DNA of 63,399 nt, the filler included, from Octopus bimaculoides (lineage: Eukaryota), in NCBI RefSeq assembly GCF_001194135.2. It is 6 parts of 6 records of this genome, joined end to end, with 100 filler letters (N's around TTAATTAATTAA, not from the genome) between each part and the next. Parts side by side here need not be neighbours in the genome. Positions count along the whole stretch, not along the records: positions 1 to 13,520 come from NC_068984.1; positions 13,621 to 30,340 come from NC_068986.1; 4 more parts are not named here. One strand, given 5' to 3'. The notes beneath the pieces were generated by a model that was given only the letters and a program-made list of their open reading frames with translations, made no database searches and had not been told where the DNA came from. The stretch's first letter is position 1; each line of letters opens with the position of its first letter. A program made the position numbers and the translations under genes. This document shows positions 13,150 to 24,092 of this stretch, piece by piece.

Positions 13150-13520
13150 TGGGGAATTTCAGCCATGTTTCGTGGTCTGCTACCACAACAGCTCCTTTAT
13201 AGGATCCAGTTAGCTGAAGACATCATCAGGAGGAACCACGTCCGGTTTCGGCCCCTACTCCTCTACCGTTTTGACGTGGCGGGGCCCCTCCTTTCGGAGG
13301 TGTCTTCAGCTCTGGTGTTGGGTGCATGTCTTCTTTCTTCTATTCCCTGGCTTCTTCGATGCAGCATCAACGAGTGTCAGCGTCCGACTGATCGTCGTGT
13401 CAAGTTCCCCTTTTTATATCTGCTGCTAGGCTCCAGCAGGCAGCCCCAGCTAGTTGTCACGTGACACTGTCTAAATTTCCCGCTGCTAGGGTCCAGTAGG
13501 CAGCACCAGCAAGTTGTCAC
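13150..13520 (-). mobile_element. GC-rich structured repeat module, putative PLE pseudo-LTR with hammerhead-like cores
   Basis: Sharp GC rise over the flanks; several internal complementary segments; two CTGANGA..GAAAC pairs on the minus strand; lies downstream of the GIY-YIG ORF but across a gap. Confidence 0.45.
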
Positions 13521-13564
13521 NNNNNNNNNNNNNNNNNNNNNNNNNNNNNNNNNNNNNNNNNNNN

Positions 13565-13576
13565 TTAATTAATTAA
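13565..13576. other. Assembly linker TTAATTAATTAA in a 100-bp gap (44N+12+44N)
   Basis: Identical layout at five gaps; gives stops in all six frames. Confidence 0.95.
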
Positions 13577-13650
13577 NNNNNNNNNNNNNNNNNNNNNNNN
13601 NNNNNNNNNNNNNNNNNNNNACCCATATAAACAAAATAAATAAAAAATTA

Positions 13651-14046
13651 TTAGCTAAAGTTTTTATATAAATAAAGTAGTTTATGTCTACATTTTATTT
13701 TTCGTTCATCAAAAGAATTAAGTAAATTATTATCCTTATGAAATAATATCTCTTTAAATTCATTATTACATAAATTACAAAAGTTATTACCTATATGATA
13801 GGATTTAGCTTTACAAACTATCTCCCATTTTAAAATATATTTAATATTTTTAGCTTTAAGTTCCCAAATATATTTACTGAGGCCAGTAGAATTAATTAAA
13901 TTTCTATTCTTAAATGAGTGCATATGTTGAGCTACTCTTAATTTAATTTTATTAGAAGTCGAACCTATATAAATCTTATTTAAATTATAACCATAATGCT
14001 TATTTTCATTCAATAATTTCACTATACATTTATACACTACAGACTT
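13651..14046 (-). CDS. GIY-YIG endonuclease domain of a Penelope-like retroelement (uninterrupted frame; probably a 5'-truncated element)
   Basis: Frame reads KSVVYKCIV...KIYIGSTSNKIKLRVAQH...STGLSKYIWELK...WEIVCKAKSY...CNLCNNE...LLN...KCRH*. Contains VVY/YIG motifs, the conserved Arg, and the C-x2-C...C-x-H tail typical of PLE endonucleases. The track's M at 14037 is a GTG codon. Confidence 0.85.
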   Translation of the reverse strand, partial: KSVVYKCIVKLLNENKHYGYNLNKIYIGSTSNKIKLRVAQHMHSFKNRNLINSTGLSKYIWELKAKNIKYILKWEIVCKAKSYHIGNNFCNLCNNEFKEILFHKDNNLLNSFDERKIKCRHKLLYLYKNFS

Positions 14047-14143
14047 TTTTTCAGTTTCCGTCTACCAAATCGACTTACAAACCATAGGTCGGCCCAAGGC
14101 TATAATAGAAGCCACGCGGAAGCATGTGGTTGGTAAGCAACTT
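14045..14143 (-). mobile_element. SINE family A 5' arm with internal deletion, fused to the GIY-YIG ORF
   Basis: ttcagtttccgtctaccaaatc...ggtcggcccaaggctataatagaag...catgtggttggtaagcaa; the B-box segment is missing. Confidence 0.8.
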
Positions 14144-14581
14144 AAATGAAGTATATGTACAGAGGTCAAAAAGATGGGCTAGCGATGCAATGACTAAAAC
14201 TATTTAAAGAATAAAAAACAACAAAAAATAGATATTAGTGCAAAGAATCTTCGGAAAGGGTTCAAAATAATTCTCCAGATTCATGCTTAGAGCAATAATA
14301 TAACAAACTGTAATGATAACTAAAAGGAATCTTCAGGGGAAAAGAAAGCAATTTCGTATATACGGAATTAAGGTAAATATATGAAAATGTGACATATTTT
14401 CACAGGATAAAAAACTGTGTCTAGTGTACTAGCTAAAATGTCTGGTGATACCGTCACAATCGGAAAGCAAAAAAGTTGTAAAAGAAATCGTGGCTTATAT
14501 ACATATTAGTAGATTTTAAGAATTAATTACAGAGGGGAACATACAATGCAGAAAAGGGCGAGTAGTCTATTCTATTTATTT

Positions 14582-14790
14582 TCTTATTTCTTTATTACCC
14601 ACAAGGGGCTAAACATAGAGGGGACAAACAAGGACAGACAAAAGTGTTAAGTCGATTACATCGACACCAGTGGGTAACTGGTACTTAATTTATCAACCCC
14701 TGAAAAGAAGATAGGCAAAGTTGACCTTGGCGGAATTTGAACCCAGAACATAACGGTGGACAAAATACCGATTCTGCCAGCTCGCCGCCT
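14582..14790 (-). mobile_element. SINE family B (tail type 1)
   Basis: Body as in other B copies; tail ...gtccttgtttgtcccctctatgtttagccccttgtgggtaataaagaaataag is shared with the 41201 copy. Confidence 0.88.
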
Positions 14791-15404
14791 TCCAATTATT
14801 TTCCGTTAAGGAAAATAATAAAGTTAAACACGTTTAACAAAACGCAATTTTTTATGGGTGTGAGTTTACNNNNNNNNNNNNNNNNNNNNNNNNNNNNNNN
14901 NNNNNNNNNNNNNNNNNNNNNNNNNNNNNNNNNNNNNNNNNNNNNNNNNNNNNNNNNNNNNNNNNNNNNNNNNNNNNNNNNNNNNNNNNNNNNNNNNNNN
15001 NNNNNNNNNNNNNNNNNNNNNNNNNNNNNNNNNNNNNNNNNNNNNNNNNNNNNNNNNNNNNNNNNNNNNNNNNNNNNNNNNNNNNNNNNNNNNNNNNNNN
15101 NNNNNNNNNNNNNNNNNNNNNNNNNNNNNNNNNNNNNNNNNNNNNNNNNNNNNNNNNNNNNNNNNNNNNNNNNNNNNNNNNNNNNNNNNNNNNNNNNNNN
15201 NNNNNNNNNNNNNNNNNNNNNNNNNNNNNNNNNNNNNNNNNNNNNNNNNNNNNNNNNNNNNNNNNNNNNNNNNNNNNNNNNNNNNNNNNNNNNNNNNNNN
15301 NNNNNNNNNNNNNNNNNNNNNNNNNNNNNNNNNNNNNNNNNNNNNNNNNNNNNNNNNNNNNNNNNNNNNNNNNNNNNNNNNNNNNNNNNNNNNNNNNNNN
15401 NNNN

Positions 15405-15460
<56 letters not shown>

Positions 15461-15479
15461 GCATGTATATATCTAAGTA

Positions 15480-15712
15480 TGTGTGTCTTCGTGTCTCTGT
15501 TTTATTACCACAACCGCTTGACAACCAATGATGGTGTTTTTACCTTACCCGTGCCTTAGCAGTTCAGCAAAAGAAACCGATAGAATAAGAATCCTACGTA
15601 AAAAATGAGTACTGGGGCCGATTAGTTCAACTAAAATTTCCACAAGGTGGTGTCCCAGCATGGCCGCAGTCTAGTGACTGAAACAAGTGAAAGACTAAAA
15701 GAAAAATAAAAG
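15480..15712 (+). mobile_element. SINE family A 3' arm
   Basis: cgcttgacaacc...ccgatagaataag...ccagcatggccgcagtc...gactgaaacaag. Confidence 0.8.
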
Positions 15713-15782
15713 AATACACATACATACATACACACACACATACGTATACACACACACAAACAAACACACACACACACACACA

Positions 15783-15821
<39 letters not shown>

Positions 15822-15822
<1 letters not shown>

Positions 15823-15952
15823 ACAGGCTTCTTTCAGTTTCCATCTACCAAATCCTCTCACAAGGCTTCGATCGGCCCGAGACTATGGTAAAAGATGCTC
15901 GCCCAAGGTGTCATACAGTGGGACTGTAGCCGGGACCATGTGGTTGCTAAAG
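15822..15952 (-). mobile_element. SINE family A 5' arm
   Basis: ggcttctttcagtttccatctaccaaatcctctcacaaggc...gcccaaggtgtca. Confidence 0.8.
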
Positions 15953-16400
15953 CCTCTCCCGCACCTATATGTATACATATTTAAAGAGAGAGGGAGAGAG
16001 AAAGTGAGACATACATACATATATTTATGCATCTGCATTTATGTACACATGTACATAAATATGCATGTATGTGTATGTATACGCAGAAATGCATAAAAAA
16101 CCCCAGAAAACATGTCATTGTATGATCTATATAATATACACGCGTTTCGGTATATTACTGCCAGGATTGATTATTGGCTGTTAAGACATTATATAATCTT
16201 GTTAACGCACTTCTTCAGTGTTTAAGCATAAAGTGACACATAAGTTCTGTGTATTTTATTAAGCTTTTACGTGGTTCATATTCCAAACCCTGGTTTTGTG
16301 TGTAGTTTGTTGCTCTTCGTCGCAACACACTATATAGGGAAGTGCGGGATTTACTACAAAGGCCGAAATGTGTTTGCGTATAGCACTTCATAGTACATAT

Positions 16401-16787
16401 TCGGAGTGGAGGCGCAATGGCCCAGTGGTTAGGGCAGCGGACTCGCGGTCATAGGATCGCAGTTTCGATTCCCAGACCGGGCGTTGTGAGTGTTTATTGA
16501 GCGAAATCACCTAAAGCTCCGCGAGGCTCCGGCAGGGGATGGTGGCGAACCCTGCTGTACTCTTTCACCACAAATTTCTCTTACTTCCTGTTTCAGTTGT
16601 GCCTGTAATTTAAAGGGTCAGCCTTGTCACACTATGTCATGCTGAATATCCCCGAGAACTGCGTTAAGGGTACATGTGTCTTTGGAGTGCTCAGCCACTT
16701 GCACGTTAATTTCACGAGCAGGCCGTTCCGTTGATCGGATCAACTGGAACCCTCGACGTCGTAAGCGACGGAGTGCCAACAACAACA
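16401..16787 (+). mobile_element. SINE family C, full length
   Basis: Homologous to 6238-6626; (CAA)n tail; possible 6-bp TSD acatat. Confidence 0.92.
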
Positions 16788-17459
16788 ACATATGTGCGTG
16801 TGTGTATGTATTTGTGTGTTTGTGTGCGTGTGTACACAAAAGTAAAGATCAGATTATTAATAATATTAACAATAAACAATAATATTACCAGCAAATCGAC
16901 AAGGACACATACTTTCTAGCGTGAATATACATTTATTTTTCTTTGCCTGGGAAACAATAAATTTCATCTGTTACTAATTTAGGGCAAGAAAAACTGCTGT
17001 AATATATTATATACGAAATATAAAGTCAACTAATATTCTGTGGATAGCCTTGCTAGGATGTAGGGCGGAGCACTACAGGATGCAAGAAACAGTTGGATAT
17101 AAATGCATATATTTATATGCATATATATATATTTATATATATATGTATATACATATATACATATACGAATATGATTATATATATGTGTATATATATATAT
17201 ACATACATACATAACGACACACGTATACACACGTACGTACACACACATACATACATATATATGTATGTGTGTGTGTGTGTGTGTAATCATAAATTAAAAC
17301 AGTGAAACATAGGGATGAAAAAATGAGATTTAAGATTATATCTTGGCTAAAATAATTGAGTTACGAATTCTTTTGTTTTAGTCTCAACTTTCATGAGAAT
17401 GTATGAATAAATAAATATGGTGAAATAAAATATTTAGCCTATTTGTGATTGCTGAAGCT

Positions 17460-17481
17460 ATTATTATTATTGTTGTTGTTG

Positions 17482-17542
<61 letters not shown>

Positions 17543-17699
17543 GTTTGTTATTGTTGTTGTTGTTGTTGTTGTTAGTGTCGACATATTGTTCTTGCTATTA
17601 TTCCTGTCGTCGCTGTTGTTGCTTTTCTTCTTGTTGTTGGCGTCAGCGTTGACGTTGTTGCTTTTGTCATTGTTGTTGTCGCTATTATTATTATTATTA

Positions 17700-17760
<61 letters not shown>

Positions 17761-17764
17761 GATT
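17460..17764. repeat. Compound (ATT)n/(GTT)n microsatellite array
   Basis: Direct inspection; source of the poly-I/L/V pseudo-ORFs. Confidence 0.95.
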
Positions 17765-17910
17765 AGGTTAGTGAGCAGGCAGAATTGTTTTCACGTCGGG
17801 CAAAATATTTAGTAGCACGTCTTTCGATTCTTTATTAATTGAGTTCAAATCCCGCTGATGTCGATTTAGCACTTTTAGCATTTCAGGGTCAAAAAGATGA
17901 TTACTAGCAC
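17765..17910 (+). mobile_element. SINE family B, diverged, starting directly after (ATT)n
   Basis: gagcaggcagaattgtt...gggcaaaat...tgagttcaaatcccgctgatgtcga. Confidence 0.65.
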
Positions 17911-18940
17911 AAGAGATATAGTATTCTTGCATTTGGTAACATTTCAACATCATTCCGACGTTGGATTCGTCAGGTTCGGTGTATGAAATATCACCTGTTT
18001 GACAACTTACCTGCTTAAAATTTCGTCTGAAGGTGGTGAAATCTATGTTTTTATGTAATCAAAAAGAAAAAGAATCTACTGAAACAGCAATCGTAAGTAT
18101 TTAGCGCCAATTGAGTTCTCTTTATATACATATATNNNNNNNNNNNNNNNNNNNNNNNNNNNNNNNNNNNNNNNNNNNNNNNNNNNNNNNNNNNNNNNNN
18201 NNNNNNNNNNNNNNNNNNNNNNNNNNNNNNNNNNNNNNNNNNNNNNNNNNNNNNNNNNNNNNNNNNNNNNNNNNNNNNNNNNNNNNNNNNNNNNNNNNNN
18301 NNNNNNNNNNNNNNNNNNNNNNNNNNNNNNNNNNNNNNNNNNNNNNNNNNNNNNNNNNNNNNNNNNNNNNNNNNNNNNNNNNNNNNNNNNNNNNNNNNNN
18401 NNNNNNNNNNNNNNNNNNNNNNNNNNNNNNNNNNNNNNNNNNNNNNNNNNNNNNNNNNNNNNNNNNNNNNNNNNNNNNNNNNNNNNNNNNNNNNNNNNNN
18501 NNNNNNNNNNNNNNNNNNNNNNNNNNNNNNNNNNNNNNNNNNNNNNNNNNNNNNNNNNNNNNNNNNNNNNNNNNNNNNNNNNNNNNNNNNNNNNNNNNNN
18601 NNNNNNNNNNNNNNNNNNNNNNNNNNNNNNNNNNNNNNNNNNNNNNNNNNNNNNNNNNNNNNNNNNNNNNNNNNNNNNNNNNNNNNNNNNNNNNNNNNNN
18701 NNNNNNNNNNNNNNNNNNNNNNNNNNNNNNNNNNNNNNNNNNNNNNNNNNNNNNNNNNNNNNNNNNNNNNNNNNNNNNNNNNNNNNNNNNNNNNNNNNNN
18801 NNNNNNNNNNNNNNNNNNNNNNNNNNNNNNNNNNNNNNNNNNNNNNNNNNNNNNNNNNNNNNNNNNNNNNNNNNNNNNNNNNNNNNNNNNNNNNNNNNNN
18901 NNNNNNNNNNNNNNNNNNNNNNNNNNNNNNNNNNNNNNNN

Positions 18941-18972
<32 letters not shown>

Positions 18973-19283
18973 TATATACACACATGAATGAGTGAGCAAA
19001 CGAAAAATGTAGCACTCAATATACTTGGTTGGAGTTACATGTATTAAATAATACTGTCATTCTCTTCCGGACAATTTCATATTAGGTGAACACGTGGGAT
19101 ACATACTCTTCATCGGATGTTCGAGGAGATAGTAGAGAGTTTCAAAGAAACTTAAAAGGAGATTTTGTTGTTGAGGTCTCTGTTGCTCAGTTCAGTTCAC
19201 GTGGTTGTAATGCTATTAACACAACATTTGTTATTTGCTATAAATTGAAGTCCACTTACTGCACGTTGGATGCTGGTAGAGCG

Positions 19284-19547
19284 TTCAAAGAACGTGGTTT
19301 AAATATAATTGTAACCACCTACTCGACAAAGGTTGAACTCCTAGACGTAACTCGAGACCGCCGGAAGAGCAAGCTCAATGCCTACAGAAAGTCCAATGGC
19401 CAAAACAGTTAATGTTTATGCACAGTTTAACCTACCAGTTATAATTCGTAATCTATTTGCTGTTGTCAGCAATCTCTCAACGGACACAGAGATCTTCAAT
19501 ACGGCTGTGCCACTATAAAGAAGCACTACAGAAGAGTGGTTGTAACG
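19284..19547 (+). pseudogene. Penelope-like element reverse transcriptase C-terminal/thumb fragment, frameshifted
   Basis: FKERGLNIIVTTYSTKVELLDVT...YRKSNGQ / VNVYAQFNLPVIIRN / LSTDTEIFNTA / HYKEALQKSG. Matches the PLE pattern FK..GL.ITI..N...VNFLDVT...YRKPN...Y....SNHPP.II.N...S....IF..A.P.Y..AL.KSGY. Confidence 0.8.
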
Positions 19548-19857
19548 ACGCAAGCATTGCAGAAGAATCCGAAGGGAATTTCTAAGATTTCCATTCAACC
19601 TAAAATTTTTTACTGATATCAGTAAGAGCTTGTTAGCATTACTTAAAATGCATTTCCAAAGAACTCATAGATATAAACTCTTCAATTTGCTGAAAGTCAA
19701 ATTTAGTTACTCACGCCTAGATAGCGTCGCTCCAAACATTGTACGGTGTAGTAGATCTTAAAAATTAATCTTATTTCATGCTAAAAAAAACCTTTGCAAT
19801 GGTTTTATGAAACTAAAAGATTTGATAACATACGTTTTCAGTGTGCGATATCAATTA

Positions 19858-20011
19858 AGGTGGAGCACTGGCAGAATCGTTAGTACACCGGGCAAAATGC
19901 TTAGCAGCATTTTGACTGTCTTTACACTCCGCCGATGTCGACTTTACCTTTCATCCTTCCGGGATTGATATATTGTGTAGCAATTGAGCACTGGGGTGGA
20001 TGTAATCGACT
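19858..20011 (+). mobile_element. SINE family B, diverged
   Basis: ctggcagaatcgttagtacaccgggcaaaatgcttagc...gtcgactttacctttcatcc...ctggggtggatgtaatcgactt. Confidence 0.8.
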
Positions 20012-20154
20012 TAAATCTTACACGAATTTACTGAGCTTTTACCAAAATCTGAAAGCAGTATTTGATATTAGTCACTATTAAAGACCATTTCAATTATGAT
20101 TTGTCAAGGGCTACTCAATATATAGGCAACTATAGCACTGTTATTTCTATCAGA

Positions 20155-20340
20155 TGTAGTGGCCTGCGAGAAATAGCGGTTATATCTCTTTCAAATCGTC
20201 CCCTGTAATCTTGACGAAATTCATTACACATTGGGTTATATCTTTATCCGGACATAATAAGAAAAAGTCGAGATGAAAATAGTTAAAATAATTTTCAACC
20301 TAGTCTGCTTGATCAGGATTAACCTGAGGCTGAACGATAA
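20155..20340 (-). repeat. Old dispersed repeat, family F (one of several copies)
   Basis: Motif gat.tg......gat.t..c.gctatttct.gcag also recurs near 3385-3425 (+), 5268-5310 (+), 6725-6760 (-) and 51200-51245 (-). Confidence 0.5.
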
Positions 20341-20835
20341 ATACAATGACGATCAAAAGCAGATTTTATTTAAACGACAGCGATATATCAAAAGATATTG
20401 AAAAGAAAAAAACTATATTTCTAAAACAATGACATTTAGATTCCGCATGTACGTCTGTGCCTGTATGTGTGTGTGTGTGTACGAATGTGATTTTTCAGTA
20501 TGGGTTTGTGTTTTGCCTGTTTCAATCTTTAAAGTTTTGTGTAAATAGAAAAAAAGATGGCCGAGAACATAAAACAAAACAATTTAGATTGTAACAAAAT
20601 GGCGTCATCATTGTTGTCATGAATGAAATGAAAAGTAAACATTAAAATTTATGTAAAATAATGTTTTAAATATAAATTAACAATTTTATACACACACACA
20701 CACACATTTACGTACGCATATGCTGTCATAATGCTTCAATTTACTTTTATATATATAAATATATACATATGTATATATTTTATATGCATATATATATGTG
20801 TATTCATGCACAATTTATGCATAACATACACTTGG

Positions 20836-20873
<38 letters not shown>

Positions 20874-21251
20874 ACACACANNNNNNNNNNNNNNNNNNNN
20901 NNNNNNNNNNNNNNNNNNNNNNNNNNNNNNNNNNNNNNNNNNNNNNNNNNNNNNNNNNNNNNNNNNNNNNNNNNNNNNNNNNNNNNNNNNNNNNNNNNNN
21001 NNNNNNNNNNNNNNNNNNNNNNNNNNNNNNNNNNNNNNNNNATATATATAATTATAAATGTACATATAAATGCATACGCATAAATATGTGGACATATGTG
21101 TATGTTTGTATGTATACATAAACTTGCATATCTATATATATTTATAAATGTATATACAGTGATAACTATATAGACATACACATATATATAAGCAATAAAC
21201 ATTCAATCCTCACCACCCACGAATTTGTATACATACTTACGTACATGCATG

Positions 21252-21293
<42 letters not shown>

Positions 21294-21909
21294 TGTACAT
21301 ACATTTGTATATATATATATATATATTGATAGATAGATAGATACCTATGCATATATATTTGTGTGTATATAAATATATATAAATATATAGATATACAGAT
21401 ATATAATTATGTTAGAGTGAATGTATACATATTCTTGTATGTATGTGTGAGCGCGCACACGTGTGTGTGGATATACATTACATTATATTTTACAAGACAA
21501 AATGGATTTTGAGGCCAGGTCGGGGGAAGTAGAAATGAAGAAATGGCAATAGGGAAGCCTGGATCTCTTGTGGCATTTTTATCAAGAAAAATCATCAAAT
21601 ATGTCCTCCATATTCTTTACTTTGTTACAACTAGATAACAATCTTAGCTAAATATTGGATTTACTTAGGATAAATTTTTAATTAAATTTGTATAATTTTT
21701 CTCTACAATTTCCTCTGACATTGTCCTCTTTCGATATTTACTACCACAGCGAAATGTTTGAATATGTATGGGAGCGTCTTTATAAATATGCATGCGTGTG
21801 CATGTATGTATGTGTGTGTATGTGTTTTCATACTTGCTTATGTATATGTTATATATATCTATATATATATATATAGATATATAAGTACACAAATATATAT
21901 ATGTATATA

Positions 21910-21959
<50 letters not shown>

Positions 21960-21987
21960 TATATATGCATACGCGTGTGTAAGTGTG

Positions 21988-22023
<36 letters not shown>

Positions 22024-23923
22024 ATATGTAGAGAGATAAAGAGAGAGAGAGGGGGGGAGAGAGAGTTAGACTCAGAGAAAGATAGGTAGATATTCATGCA
22101 GAGATATATTCACGGATGTATTTACGTGTGTGTGTGTGTGTATGTGTGTGTACGTGTGTGTACTTGTTTATATGTCTTTTTTTGTAGTGTATATTCGAAA
22201 TTCTCTTACTTCCTTTTTACTTCTTACGCAGACGTTGTCATTGCTGGAACCCACTTTATTTGAATTATTTATTGAGCTATTTTGTAATAAATATAATATG
22301 TTTTTTTACGATTTCAGATGTGGCATGGGAAGCACATCTGTGTGTATAGCCTAGAGTTACACACATGCACACCCACTCGCACACCCACTCGCACACACGA
22401 GCTCACACGCGCACAAATGGGCTCACACACCCACACAAATAGTTTAATCGTCACTCGAAAGCAGGTTTGACCTTCTAGCATATACCACCTATAGCTAATT
22501 GTTTTCTCTGCCGAGGCAGTCGCGAGCTTTCAGAGATACATTAACAGCCGTCCCATACTCCACCGGAACCTCGTGAATGTGATAGTTGGAAGGCGAAAGG
22601 GCTGCACCAACATTCGGCAGGTATCTAATTGCAGCTAACTTAACAGGAGTAACGGTAAATATTATACAGTGTGGCCTGAAAGCCATTAGACTCTTTAGAC
22701 AGAGCCCGCCATTGTCAAGAAGAAAATGGTGGACATGTGAAGAATATAATTTTCAAAACAAAATTGTTAGGATTTCCAAGACGTGTAGTTTATAAAAGAA
22801 GAAATATGAATATTAAGTAAATAAGATGATTTTAAAATTCTGAAATGAAATATTAACTTTCGGGCCATCCTGTACTTTACTCAAATGTACAAGTACAGCT
22901 GGTCTAGAAATCGAAACCATGACTTTATGCACTAAGATTAACAGCCAAAGAATAGGGCTACGTGCCTTCTGTTGTGTGTGCGTGCGCGCGTTTGCATGTG
23001 TGTGTGCGTGTGCATTTCTATATATGATCTACGTGATGTCCTCTCACTACATATATGTCTCTCTTTTTCAATGGGGTTGTTTAAATTTAACTGATGCAAT
23101 CGGTGATTCACTATATAAAGACAGCAGTATTATTGCTCAAACTTTTAGTCGTGCTTTTCCACTAGAATGCTAGAGTTTACTGATTATTTGCTTTTTGGCT
23201 AGAATCGCCGGTTTGTTAATAAGAACGCCAGCTTCTTGTAGTTAAGAAACTCAATTCTGTGATTTGAAATTGTGTTGATGGACCAATATCCGGCTATCTT
23301 CAACACGCAGAAGTTTTTTGGTTGTAACCATATGCCAGATTCTTTTCATTTCATTAGGGTTCTCCAAGATCATGCAAGAAATTTGAGTCTGAACGAAAAA
23401 AGAAATCCACAATGTGCCTGTGAACCAGAAAAAGAGTAGTTGATGGGCACGAAATGAACCTGATGGTCGGAATTCTTGATTTGGCCACGATCATTGTCCC
23501 ACAGTTCCACTAGAACTGACACCGATTTTAATCGCATCCCAAGAACGAGAGAATTCTCATTCTTTTTACTAATCTCACTACCAAAGATAACAACACGACG
23601 GAGCCACCTTAAGTAAATCAGTCATGAATAGGGAGCTCAAGGACTGGTATTACGCAGGAATCAGTTACTCTTTCTTTTGAGTCCTCAACCCTTAGTGTTT
23701 ACTGGAAATTTAGTGATTCACACGAAATTGACAGTTATTGTGTGATGCTTAATGCAACGTATTTGCTTGTGTTGTTTACCTACAAGCTACTTCTCTGGTC
23801 TAGCTAGTTGGAACTATACAGCTGTAGTTTATGGATACATTAGGTATGGAGGTACAGCGGTCACTAATATCTAGATACTATTCAGGCAGGTTTTGTGGTG
23901 ACATTTCAACTATTTCCGTCTGA

Positions 23924-23989
23924 TGACATAAAAAACTAATTCCTCAAACCTACATGTGACATAAAAACTAATTCTCTCAAACCTACATG
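23924..23989. repeat. 33-bp tandem duplication
   Basis: tgacataaaaa(a)ctaatt(c/ct)ctcaaacctacatg x2. Confidence 0.9.
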
Positions 23990-24016
23990 TGCTTCTCTTA
24001 CATTTTACGGATATGC

Positions 24017-24092
<76 letters not shown>

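Noticed and set aside
13230-13290. HDV-like ribozyme interpretation of the crossed GGCCCC and CCACGUC helices
   Set aside because: There is no room for P4 and the catalytic J4/2 strand on the plus strand, and no L3 CC/P1.1 on the minus strand.
16136-16223. Minus-strand CUGAAGA (16218-16212)..GAAACGCGU (16148-16140) hammerhead-like pair
   Set aside because: The 63-nt interval has no closing G-C helix II, position 17 is G and helix I is poor. At most a decayed pseudo-LTR.
17384-17762. Poly-I/L/V/T/M ORFs (also 25.7-26.8, 28.1-28.4 and 49.4-49.8 kb)
   Set aside because: Trinucleotide microsatellites that lack stops by construction.
22495-22795. Overlapping ORFs on both strands, one Ig-like in feel, the other with KAIRLF
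   Set aside because: Weak resemblance only; possibly another decayed LINE C-terminus, but it cannot be supported.
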